NCBI GenBank assembly: GCA_038040385.1
Contig: JBBPII010000004.1
Span: 147,453 to 211,452 of the forward strand
Source: Candidatus Gilichinskyi gelida
GTDB lineage: Bacteria > Acidobacteriota > Thermoanaerobaculia > Gp7-AA8
DNA: 64,000 nt
Direction of reading: 5' to 3'
Of this stretch, positions 23,093-31,696 are shown piece by piece (position 1 is the first letter of the stretch; each line of letters opens with the position of its first letter). Below the pieces are notes generated by a model that was given only the letters and a program-made list of their open reading frames with translations, was not told the DNA's origin and did not search any database. The translations under genes were made by a program, and so were the position numbers.

Positions 23093-24855
23093 TGGAGGGG
23101 CCGCGTCATCCCGACCATCGCTGGTTCCGGTGGGCCGTATTGGGCGCCATATTGGTCGGTATCGCCGTTGCGATCCCTTTCTACTTCTGGATCGTCCGTT
23201 CATTCCGTTTCACGTCGCTCGATGAGGGGGTGCGTACCCAGCTCGCAGCGCTGAAGATGGATCACGACGCGACTTCGGTCATCGAGAGGCGTTGGGTCGC
23301 CGAGGGATTCGGCACCGGCTATCTGCAGGCGCCAGTGGGACCGATGGCCTGTCCACCCGCGGCGGCATCGAGTCCCCCACACGAACGAAGCGCCGCCCAA
23401 CAGGCGTTCGTCGCATTGGAAGAGACCGATCCCGACGGCCGCATCGAGCGTCTGGCGCCGATCTCAGACGCCAATCCCTCGAACCTGCTGGTCGCGTTGA
23501 TCTACGGAACGGCGCTGGTCAAGGCAGACCGGATGGCGGAGGGCGAGCAAATCATCGGCCGCGCTCTCGGGCAGACGAATGAAGACGAGAGCATCATCGA
23601 CGCCGCCAAGCGGCCGGGCACGCCGCTCGATCTCGGCAACGACCGCGTGGCCACGGTCATCTATCTGCACCATGCGCTCGGCGTCGCCGGCCTGTCGCAG
23701 TCGGGCAGCACACCGCCGTGGCGGCCGCTCAAGAACGTCATCGGCTCGGTGCGGCATCTCAGCCGCAAGAGTCTCATCGGCTCGTCGCGAGATCCGGCGG
23801 TGTCGGGCAAGCTGCTCATTCCTGCCCCCGGCTGCGGCGCCGGCGTGGACGCGCTCTCCTCGTACGATCTGTTCAACAATCTCATCGTCGGCTACGTACG
23901 AGGGAAGTTCGTCGGCAATGAGAGCGAGCGGCAGAAAGAGTTCTACCGCGACCGGAAGACGTATCCGAGCGCCGTCCACCGGCTCCTGCTGCTGCAGCGC
24001 GATCGAGCCGGGACGGAGTGGAAAGACGAATCGGCGCTATGGGCGCTGTCGAATGCGGAGCAGGTGCTCGACTTGCGGACGCCTGACGACGCGCGACTGA
24101 ACTTCAACATCATCCAATTGCTCGACTGGTGGACGGCTGACGAACGTTGCCGCACCTGTCCCGCAGAAATCCTGCAGGGCGTCCATACGATGAAGGGCGT
24201 GCTCCTGCAGAACGCCATTCGCCGCCACAACGTGCCGCAGGAGCAGCAGGCGGAGTTCGCCCGCGGCATCACGCGCATGCTGGCCGACTCGAACATCGAG
24301 CGCGCGCGACTGGAGGCCGATGCGGAAACGATCCGGGGATGGCTTTCCAATCCGCGCCAGGCGCAGACGCTGGCCGATCTGTTTGTCGCCGACCGGGCCC
24401 GCGCCGCATTCCCCGGCTGGGTCGTGCAACCCGAACAGGCCGAGGAGCCGCCGTACGAGAAGCTCGGCACGCGCGCGGATGCCTGGCGCGCCGCCGCGCA
24501 ATCCGACTTCGCCGCAGCCGTGGCGAAATGGTCGAGCGAGCGTCCGGCGGTGGAGAAGAAGCAAACACTCATCGCCATCCGCCAGATGCTCGGATGGACG
24601 AAGGCGCCGGACGAAGTGAAGGCCGTGGAGAAATCGTTCGGCTGGGGTTCGCGGCTCTCGATTTTCCTCGCCGCATCGCATCTCTTCTGGGCTTTGGTGG
24701 CCGCCGTTCTCGGCTTGATCGTCTGGACGGCGATCGTCACCGTGCTGGTGCAGGTGCATGAGCGGCGCTCGCTTCACACATCGTTCTATAACATCGAGTT
24801 CGACTATCTGCGCAGCACCGACCGCACGTCGCATTCAGGAAGACCGCGGCCGTGA
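23092..24855 (+). CDS. two-TM membrane protein with helical repeat ectodomain (operon gene 6)
   Basis: ATG 23092 (or GTG 23089) overlaps the upstream TGA. The N-terminal TM is WAVLGAILVGIAVAIPFYFWIV and the C-terminal TM is LFWALVAAVLGLIVWTAIVTVLV. Confidence 0.6.
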   Translation: MEGPRHPDHRWFRWAVLGAILVGIAVAIPFYFWIVRSFRFTSLDEGVRTQLAALKMDHDATSVIERRWVAEGFGTGYLQAPVGPMACPPAAASSPPHERSAAQQAFVALEETDPDGRIERLAPISDANPSNLLVALIYGTALVKADRMAEGEQIIGRALGQTNEDESIIDAAKRPGTPLDLGNDRVATVIYLHHALGVAGLSQSGSTPPWRPLKNVIGSVRHLSRKSLIGSSRDPAVSGKLLIPAPGCGAGVDALSSYDLFNNLIVGYVRGKFVGNESERQKEFYRDRKTYPSAVHRLLLLQRDRAGTEWKDESALWALSNAEQVLDLRTPDDARLNFNIIQLLDWWTADERCRTCPAEILQGVHTMKGVLLQNAIRRHNVPQEQQAEFARGITRMLADSNIERARLEADAETIRGWLSNPRQAQTLADLFVADRARAAFPGWVVQPEQAEEPPYEKLGTRADAWRAAAQSDFAAAVAKWSSERPAVEKKQTLIAIRQMLGWTKAPDEVKAVEKSFGWGSRLSIFLAASHLFWALVAAVLGLIVWTAIVTVLVQVHERRSLHTSFYNIEFDYLRSTDRTSHSGRPRP

Positions 24856-27800
24856 CGATGATCCCCAGGGCGACGAGCCTGTTGCTGCTCATCGCGCCGG
24901 TCGTGCTCTTCATCCTGGCGTTGCGCGACCGCCGCCAGGCATTCCGGCCCGCCGGGCGCAAGCTGCTGCTCGCCGTCTACGTCATACCGGTGATCGCGCC
25001 GCTGATCATGGCCGTCTTCTGGCGCTTCAGCGACACGCGCATCGTCATCGAGCTGCGCGGCGTCGCGTTCCGCGCCCTCGGGGACTCCCCGATTCGCAAG
25101 GTGATCATGGAACGCCGCGTCGGCGGCGGACGCATCGTCATCGGCGACGCTCCCCGCCGGCGGACCGCGTCGACGCCATCTCTCGGAACGATCACCTTTA
25201 ACCCAACCACGCACGGCAGCGACAAGAATGGCATCGCCACGCTCGAACTGCCTCGGCCGCAACTGAGATCAGGAATCATAGGCGCCGGCTCCGACGGTCT
25301 TCTCGGATCGACGGCGCTCGAGGACGGCGACGACATCTGCATCGACGGCGACTGCTGGAAGTACGACGCCTCCGAGCGTTCGTTCTTCTCCAGTCACGAC
25401 CGGGTGCGCATCCCTCGCAGGATGGCCAAGCTGCCCGGCATCGACTTCGCCTTCCCGCTGCGGTGGGCTTCGCCGGTGACCGCGGGACTCCGCACCTATC
25501 CGCTGCAGTGGCTTGCCAGGCGCGGCGCGGCGGCCGGCGCGCCGCAGCAAAGAGTGCGCTCCTTCCTTTGCTACGCCAGGCCGGGACCGCGACTGCGCCT
25601 CGTCCTTCTCGACTCCAGCGTCTCGGTGGTCCGCAAGGGCAGCGCCGTGGCCATTCCATCGAGCCTGACCATCGACGCCGAGCACCCGCTGGCGTTCTAC
25701 TCGCTGCCGCCGGAGTCGGACGTCTTCGCGGCGCCGGGCATCACCGAACGCCGCAGCGTCGTCTACCGGCCCGGCAAGCGAAGTTTCGCCATCGAGCTGG
25801 ACACACCCGAGGTGCATTCGCTGGCGGAGCGGGAGCTCGATCGCCTGACGCTCGGAAACGCGGAGCGGCGAAAAAAGACGCCGACGGTCGGCCTCTCGAT
25901 GGGCAATGCGCAGATGGCCGATCGCAGCCTCTATTTCAGCGGAATCAGCGAGTCGGTCGCCCTCCAGGCCAACTCGCTCTTCGAGTTTCCGCGCTTCTTT
26001 CCGCACAACATCGGGACGTCGTTTCGCATCGTCTCGCCGCGCGGCCCGACCGACGCTTCGCTCGGCGACGTGGCGTGGATCGGCGCGACGGATCTCGCGG
26101 CCGTTCGTCTCGACGTGCTCCGCCCGCCGCTGCTGCTCCTGCTGATCGGCCTCCTGCTCCAGCTCTGCAAGTGGGGCGCAGCCATCGCGGCGCGCTTCAC
26201 CACCAATCAGGCGTTGCTGGCCGGCACCCTCGAATGCCTGGTCGGCGTCCGACTCCTCCTCGGCCACCGCATCTGGGCGCTGCCACCGCATGAAGTCGAG
26301 GGGATCGAGCTGGCCCTCGTGGTCTGGATCGCGCTTCCATGGTTTTTCTTGGCGGCGAGCGCTCCGGTCACCGTTTCATCGTCGCGCGGCACGCTCCTCC
26401 GCGATTTGCCGAAGGAGCCGTGGCTTCCCGCCGCAGCCGGGTTGCTCTTCTCCGCGATTTTCTGTCTTCGCGTCGTCGACGAACCGAAGAAAGCCGCCGT
26501 CTGGGTCGCCTGCCATCTTCTCGCTGTTGGCGTGGCGCTGATTCGCGAGCCGCGCATCCGCGATCGCGCTGTGGCGTGGACGCGCGCCGCGACGGCGAAG
26601 CTGCGCCAGTGGTTGCGGTCGTTCGCCGCCCGGCTCGCATCCAGCGGTGTCGCCAGATCGATCCGCGACTGGATCATCAGCGACACACTCGTCGTGAGAT
26701 TGATCCTCGGCACGGCGGCGGCGGTGACCATCTGGCTCATCGTGCGCACCTTTGCCGATCCTCTGTGGATCGTCGGCTTCGAGCTGCTCTTCTTCATCGT
26801 CGGCTGCTTCGTGGTTCCCGTGGTGCGCTTCGTCCGCGACCGGTTCGACGTCGAATTGCGCCCGTGGCTGTACGCCGCAAGCCTCTTCTTTTTCTTCCGA
26901 TTCTTTCTCGTCCTGCTCGGATTCAAGGAGAGCGTGCCGGTGGGAGGTACACGTCTCGCCCTGAGCGCGATCTACGTGCCCGCGGCACTGATCCTGGAAG
27001 CGACGTTCCTCTGGACGCTCTGGCAGCGGCTGCAGCGGAATGACCGCTTGATGCCGTCCGACGTCGCGGCGTCGGCTGTGATCATGTTTTTCGTCTGGGT
27101 GGCGCCGGCGCTGGTGACGAGCGATATCGGCCTTGCGCTTCAGCACCTGCCGGTGTTCGCATTCCTGCTCGCCGACTGCCGGCATGCGCGCGCCCGGCAA
27201 CCCGCCGCGTCGCCCGTCGACCGCATGCTCCAGCATTTCCCCGCGGCGGTGATCGTCGCCGTCCTTCTTTTCGTCGCCATCGCTCCGGCATGGCGGCTGG
27301 TCATGCCGTTGTTCGGCAGCGACGAGAAGCTGCTGGAGCGCGCGTCGGACTCGAACTTCGCTCGCTTCATCCACTTCGCGGAGCCCGAGCAGCTCAAGGA
27401 GCTGGCCACCAAGCAGGGCGAGAGCCTCGCCGTCACCTCAGCCATCCTGCAGCGGTACATCAACACCGGTGTGATCGGCCGCGGTTACGGCACGTCGGAC
27501 ATCAGCCCCCACCTGGCGGACACGGCACTGCGCGATTTCGCCCCCGCGGTCTTTGTGGCCGCCGAATGGGGCTTCGTCGGCACGTTCGCCATGCTGCTCG
27601 TCTATGGCCTTTTCGCGGTGATCGGCCGCCTGGCTACTCCATGGGCCCGCAACAGCGGCGAGCCGGCCACGGTCGGCGGCGTCATCGAATACGCAGCGGC
27701 CGCCACCATCGCCATCGCCAGCATCTACATGGTTCTGGCGAACCATGAGCTTCTGCTCCTCACCGGCAAGAATGCGTATCTGCTCGGACTCGATTCGGCG

Positions 27801-27911
27801 GGCGACGTCTTGGAGTCGCTGCTGATCGTTCTCTTGATCGCGTTCGGCTCAGCGACTCTGCGCGACACCGCCCCCACGCCGGTGGTCTCCGCAACGGGAG
27901 CGCGGTCATGA
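24852..27911 (+). CDS. divergent SEDS-family (RodA/FtsW/SpoVE-like) polytopic membrane protein with ~430-aa N-terminal extension (operon gene 7)
   Basis: The GTGA start/stop overlap couples it to gene 6. The C-terminal half is polytopic. GVIGRGYGTSDISPHLADTALRDFAPAVFVAAEWGFVGTFAMLLVYG aligns to the SEDS core G.G.G......LPE.HTDFIFA...EE.G..G. The C-terminal LLLTGKNAYLLGLDSAGD occupies the place of LP.tG..LPf.SYGGSS. Confidence 0.65.
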   Translation: MTMIPRATSLLLLIAPVVLFILALRDRRQAFRPAGRKLLLAVYVIPVIAPLIMAVFWRFSDTRIVIELRGVAFRALGDSPIRKVIMERRVGGGRIVIGDAPRRRTASTPSLGTITFNPTTHGSDKNGIATLELPRPQLRSGIIGAGSDGLLGSTALEDGDDICIDGDCWKYDASERSFFSSHDRVRIPRRMAKLPGIDFAFPLRWASPVTAGLRTYPLQWLARRGAAAGAPQQRVRSFLCYARPGPRLRLVLLDSSVSVVRKGSAVAIPSSLTIDAEHPLAFYSLPPESDVFAAPGITERRSVVYRPGKRSFAIELDTPEVHSLAERELDRLTLGNAERRKKTPTVGLSMGNAQMADRSLYFSGISESVALQANSLFEFPRFFPHNIGTSFRIVSPRGPTDASLGDVAWIGATDLAAVRLDVLRPPLLLLLIGLLLQLCKWGAAIAARFTTNQALLAGTLECLVGVRLLLGHRIWALPPHEVEGIELALVVWIALPWFFLAASAPVTVSSSRGTLLRDLPKEPWLPAAAGLLFSAIFCLRVVDEPKKAAVWVACHLLAVGVALIREPRIRDRAVAWTRAATAKLRQWLRSFAARLASSGVARSIRDWIISDTLVVRLILGTAAAVTIWLIVRTFADPLWIVGFELLFFIVGCFVVPVVRFVRDRFDVELRPWLYAASLFFFFRFFLVLLGFKESVPVGGTRLALSAIYVPAALILEATFLWTLWQRLQRNDRLMPSDVAASAVIMFFVWVAPALVTSDIGLALQHLPVFAFLLADCRHARARQPAASPVDRMLQHFPAAVIVAVLLFVAIAPAWRLVMPLFGSDEKLLERASDSNFARFIHFAEPEQLKELATKQGESLAVTSAILQRYINTGVIGRGYGTSDISPHLADTALRDFAPAVFVAAEWGFVGTFAMLLVYGLFAVIGRLATPWARNSGEPATVGGVIEYAAAATIAIASIYMVLANHELLLLTGKNAYLLGLDSAGDVLESLLIVLLIAFGSATLRDTAPTPVVSATGARS

Positions 27912-30802
27912 AGCAGCGCGTCGTCTTCATCGCGATGGCGGTTCTCGTGGTGGCGCTGGTGTGGTCGCGTCAGACCATCGCACCACTCTCCTATTACTCG
28001 TCCAAGAGCTACGTCGAGCGTACGAATGGGCTCATCCGGCGCGGCGCGCTCCATTACGACTGCTTCGACCGCCAGATCAAGCTGACGGGGCGCGCCACTC
28101 CCGCGGAGCGCAAGTGGTTTTCGGCGAGTTACCTGGAGACCGATGTCGAGTTGTACAACCGCAACCGCGAGCTCTTCGGACACTTCTTCGTCGTCTCCGA
28201 CTGCAAATTGATCCAAATCAATCCGTTTCTTCGGACCATCCGTCTGCCGTTCGCCACGTCGCTGGAATGGCTCGGCGACATCGATTACTCCGGCCCGGGT
28301 GCCGATGCCGCGCTGGTCTCCTCCAACGGACGCACGATTCTGATCAATCATGCCTCGCCGTTCGCGCCTCTCCGCGAAGTGCGAACACCCGTCAGCGCCA
28401 TCGAGAACATCGCGGCAAACGTCGTCCATCTCGATTTCGCCGGCGGTCCCCGAACGCCCGCTGTCGAGGTGCACAACGTCGGCGGCGCGACGGTCGCCGA
28501 GCAGCGCATCAAGGAGGGGCAGTCGGGAGAGGCACGGATCCTCGGACATTCCATGCCCGAGGGGCGCATCGCCAGGCTGGAGACCGGCGATTGGCTGTAT
28601 CTCGCCGCGCAGCAGCCGGTGGAGCGTTCCGAGACCTTTCTCTTCACCGGCGAGCGCTCCTTCGAAAAGCTCAGCATCGTGCGCACGCGCAACGCGCAGC
28701 AGGAGCGCACGTACGCCGAGGAAGAGCCGCTGCTTCGCTGGATCGGCGGCGAAAACGGCGACGAGATGCTCACATTCGGAGAGGCGCTGGCCCGCAGCGT
28801 CTCGAACGCGTTGGGGCAAGCCGACAAAAACCGGCGTAAAGATCTGGTGAGGCAATTCGATGTGCAGCTCTCCATTGATCGCTCGCTGCAGGTCTCCCTC
28901 GATGAAGGATTGCGCGAGACAGCCACGGATCTCATGGCCAACTCCGCGGGCGGCGATCCATTTGCCGCATCGATGACGGTGATGAACGGCAAGACCGGCG
29001 AGATCCTGGCCGCCGCCAGTTTTCCCGGAGAGCGGGACCTCGCCGACGTCGACTCTCTCGGTGAAGGCGAGCGCCGCAGCCTTCTCGTCAATCACAACTT
29101 CAAACGGCATCCCATCGGATCGGCCGGCAAGCCGTTCTTCTATGCCGCGATCGCTTCCAGACATCCCTACCTTCTCGACATGACCATCGCCCCTCACGGG
29201 CCGGTACGCCGCCCCGACGGCGGCGAAGGGCAGCGCGAGGTCTTCCAATTCTTCCTCACGCGCGACTACAGGCTCTGGCCGCACACCGACCGGGCCATGG
29301 ATTTCCTGTCTGCGCTCGAGCGCTCCTGCAACAAGTACACGGTGGAGCTGGCCACCTTGGCGCTTGCTGCACCGCCGGAGCGCAACGAGCGGAGGCTGAC
29401 CGAGCCGCTCGACCGCGTCTTTCGGCCGCAGCCGGGCGTCCAATGGCCGCCGCCCGGCGCGCCCGGCACGCTTTGGATCGGATCGCAGGCATTGACGTTT
29501 CCGCCGAGCCTCGGCCGTTACATGAACGAGAACTGGACGCCTGTACCGCGCGGCGAGCACACCCCCGCGGTGCTCCAGCCGGGAAGCCTCGACCGCATCG
29601 ACGAGGCGCCGTTCATCGAGACCTTCGGCGACATCACCGGCGTGTTCACGTACGGCGGCATCGCGCCGAACGTCACGGAGGAGTCGTCGGAGAAGCTCGG
29701 TCGAGCGGCGCTCCAGTCGAGCCAATACGACCTGCGGGTGTGGCGGCCGCTCATCGAGCGCCTCGGCGCCGGCGAGAAGATCGACGCGGCATGGAAGATC
29801 AACGCCGCATTTCAAGCCGTATCACCGGAGCGCGTGAATCTGGCGCTCAATCACGTCACCGAGTTCCGCACCGAGTTCGTCAGCCTCCTCCTGGGCGGCT
29901 CGACCTCATTGTGGACCAACTTTCAATTGGCCGAGGCGCTCTCGCGACTGGTGACGAAGCGGCAGGTCGAAGCGACACTCGTGCATGATTTGCCCGCGCA
30001 CGGCGGCCAGTCGGAGCCGCGGCCGCCGCGCGATTTTCCGGAATTGGCCATCACCAACGAGAGCCGCGATGCGGTTCTCCGCGGAATGCGCCGGACCATC
30101 CTCGGGGCGCAGGGTACGGCGCACATCGCTGCCGGGCGGGTGACCGATCTGCAGCAACGGTACCGCGATTACAACGTCGCCGTTTTCGCCAAGACCGGTT
30201 CGCCGACCGTCGTTCGGCCGGAAGCGAAACCGCTCGCTTCGACGCTCGACGAGCTCGTGAATCGCGGCCGGCTCTTTTTTCGTGCCGGCGAGATCTGCAC
30301 CTCTCCCGACGGGCGCACGGTCGTGCCGTACGGCAGCCGGGGAACGCCACAGCGCGCGGCATTTGCCTCCGCGCTACAGCGCGCCGCGCGCGCCGTCGGC
30401 CGCCCCATGTCGCCGCGCACCAGCGCGCGCCTACTCGGTCTCACCGATCTCTTCCACCGCCGCCGCAACCAACTCATCTTTCCGTCGCCGGAGGCCGTGC
30501 GCCTGACGGAAACCACCGCGCTGCCGATCTACGTCATCGCCGGCCAGCTCGTTCTCAATCGCGACCATCCCATCTTCGATCCCGCATTGCAGGCCGACTC
30601 CAGCGCCGCCTTCATCTTCTCCATCGTCAAGTGGCGGGGCGCTGGCCTCGACAATGAGGCCATCCCCACGCCGGACGATCTGCGCCGCGAAGACTCGCGC
30701 GTCATCACCGTCGTTCTCTACTTCGACATCGGTCCGGGCAGCCCGGTCGCCGTGGAGGCGGCGCGAGCGCTGATTCCGCGACTGTATCCGCTGCTGGATT
30801 AG
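27908..30802 (+). CDS. class-B penicillin-binding-protein-like transpeptidase with long N-terminal domain (operon gene 8)
   Basis: The ATGA overlap couples it to gene 7. There is an N-terminal TM segment. The three transpeptidase motifs appear in the correct order: SxxK as IGSAGKPF, SxN as RSCNKY, KTG as AKTGSP. Confidence 0.75.
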   Translation: MKQRVVFIAMAVLVVALVWSRQTIAPLSYYSSKSYVERTNGLIRRGALHYDCFDRQIKLTGRATPAERKWFSASYLETDVELYNRNRELFGHFFVVSDCKLIQINPFLRTIRLPFATSLEWLGDIDYSGPGADAALVSSNGRTILINHASPFAPLREVRTPVSAIENIAANVVHLDFAGGPRTPAVEVHNVGGATVAEQRIKEGQSGEARILGHSMPEGRIARLETGDWLYLAAQQPVERSETFLFTGERSFEKLSIVRTRNAQQERTYAEEEPLLRWIGGENGDEMLTFGEALARSVSNALGQADKNRRKDLVRQFDVQLSIDRSLQVSLDEGLRETATDLMANSAGGDPFAASMTVMNGKTGEILAAASFPGERDLADVDSLGEGERRSLLVNHNFKRHPIGSAGKPFFYAAIASRHPYLLDMTIAPHGPVRRPDGGEGQREVFQFFLTRDYRLWPHTDRAMDFLSALERSCNKYTVELATLALAAPPERNERRLTEPLDRVFRPQPGVQWPPPGAPGTLWIGSQALTFPPSLGRYMNENWTPVPRGEHTPAVLQPGSLDRIDEAPFIETFGDITGVFTYGGIAPNVTEESSEKLGRAALQSSQYDLRVWRPLIERLGAGEKIDAAWKINAAFQAVSPERVNLALNHVTEFRTEFVSLLLGGSTSLWTNFQLAEALSRLVTKRQVEATLVHDLPAHGGQSEPRPPRDFPELAITNESRDAVLRGMRRTILGAQGTAHIAAGRVTDLQQRYRDYNVAVFAKTGSPTVVRPEAKPLASTLDELVNRGRLFFRAGEICTSPDGRTVVPYGSRGTPQRAAFASALQRAARAVGRPMSPRTSARLLGLTDLFHRRRNQLIFPSPEAVRLTETTALPIYVIAGQLVLNRDHPIFDPALQADSSAAFIFSIVKWRGAGLDNEAIPTPDDLRREDSRVITVVLYFDIGPGSPVAVEAARALIPRLYPLLD

Positions 30803-30811
30803 GAGGTTCGC

Positions 30812-31453
30812 ATGCCCGCTGGAGATCCTCTGGCCGTGATCGATGACGAGATCTTTCGCCAACGCGTCCGCGATCGAGTCGCCGCCGAGCGGCGAAGCCA
30901 CCTGACGCGAATTCTGGAAGCGCCGCTCACGACGATCATCATCGCGGCGGTGGTCGGCGGCTCATTGACGTTCTACTACGACCGACTTCGCCTGCAGACC
31001 GAGCATCAGCTTCTTGCGGAGCGCTCCGCGGCCGAGCGGAAGCTGGCCCAGCACGAAATCGAGCTGACCAAGACGTTCGAGACGTTCGAGAATCTCAGCC
31101 ACCTCATCGATCGCCGGCTCTGGCACACCCGCCAACTGATCTGGATCAGTGGCCGCAACCCCACTCTGGAGCAGCTTGCCCCGTATCGAACGGAATACGC
31201 GAAAGTCGTCGACGAATGGAATGAAAACTACAACCGCAATCTCGCCCTCGTCGAGCGCTATTTCGGCGCCGATGCACGCGTGGAATTGGAAACGACGATC
31301 TCGAGCCAGTTCCGCCAGCTTCATCACGACCTCGGCAAGCCTGGGCACGACCTCTTCGCACTCGACGCCGCCGCCAACCGTCTGAACGAGCGCACATACG
31401 CGTTCAACCGGCTGCTTCTATCGCGGACTCGATCGTTCGACCGCGCACGATAG
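30812..31453 (+). CDS. small single-pass membrane protein (operon gene 9)
   Basis: AGGAGG RBS precedes ATG 30812. The TM segment is LTTIIIAAVVGGSLTFYY, followed by a helical C-terminus. Confidence 0.55.
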   Translation: MPAGDPLAVIDDEIFRQRVRDRVAAERRSHLTRILEAPLTTIIIAAVVGGSLTFYYDRLRLQTEHQLLAERSAAERKLAQHEIELTKTFETFENLSHLIDRRLWHTRQLIWISGRNPTLEQLAPYRTEYAKVVDEWNENYNRNLALVERYFGADARVELETTISSQFRQLHHDLGKPGHDLFALDAAANRLNERTYAFNRLLLSRTRSFDRAR

Positions 31454-31480
31454 GGAAACGCCGCGCGCAGACTGAGGGAC

Positions 31481-31556
31481 TGGAGCCGTTGGCCGGATTT
31501 GAACCGGCGACCTGCTGATTACGAATCAGCTGCTCTGCCAACTGAGCTACAACGGC
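31481..31556 (-). tRNA. tRNA-Thr (anticodon CGT), CCA encoded
   Basis: The reverse complement GCCGTTGTAGCTCAGTTGGCAGAGCAGCTGATTCGTAATCAGCAGGTCGCCGGTTCAAATCCGGCCAACGGCTCCA folds as a cloverleaf. The anticodon arm is GCTGA/TTCGTAA/TCAGC. Confidence 0.95.
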
Positions 31557-31610
31557 GTTCTTCTCGGCAGGAACCCCAAAAACAGCGGGGCGGCGTATTC
31601 TATTCACCCT

Positions 31611-31687
31611 GCGCCCTTAGCTCAACTGGACAGAGCAGCGGACTTCGGATCCGCCGGTTGGGGGTTCGAATCCCTCAGGGCGCGCCA
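31611..31687 (+). tRNA. tRNA-Arg (anticodon TCG), CCA encoded
   Basis: GCGCCCTTAGCTCAACTGGACAGAGCAGCGGACTTCGGATCCGCCGGTTGGGGGTTCGAATCCCTCAGGGCGCGCCA. The acceptor stem is GCGCCCT/AGGGCGC and the anticodon arm is GCGGA/CTTCGGA/TCCGC. Confidence 0.9.
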
Positions 31688-31696
31688 ACTCCCTCG

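Noticed and set aside
25080-25380. Possible FHA domain in the N-terminal extension of the SEDS-like protein (GRIVIGDAP ... LEDGDDICIDGDCWKY)
   Set aside because: Only the terminal L.DGD.I.I.G pattern fits. The diagnostic GR...SR.HA and S.NG elements are missing, unlike the clear FHA at 53653..54000. This needs a profile or structure search.
27725-29815. 696-aa minus-strand ORF, plus similar long antisense ORFs at 25269..26291, 26376..27374, 17118..18353, 19124..20188, 19705..20544 and 21209..21856
   Set aside because: These lie antisense to the coupled operon genes. They show no motifs and have extreme Arg/Ala/Gly/Asp bias. The sense frames carry recognisable SEDS, PBP and GTPase motifs and coupled start/stop overlaps.
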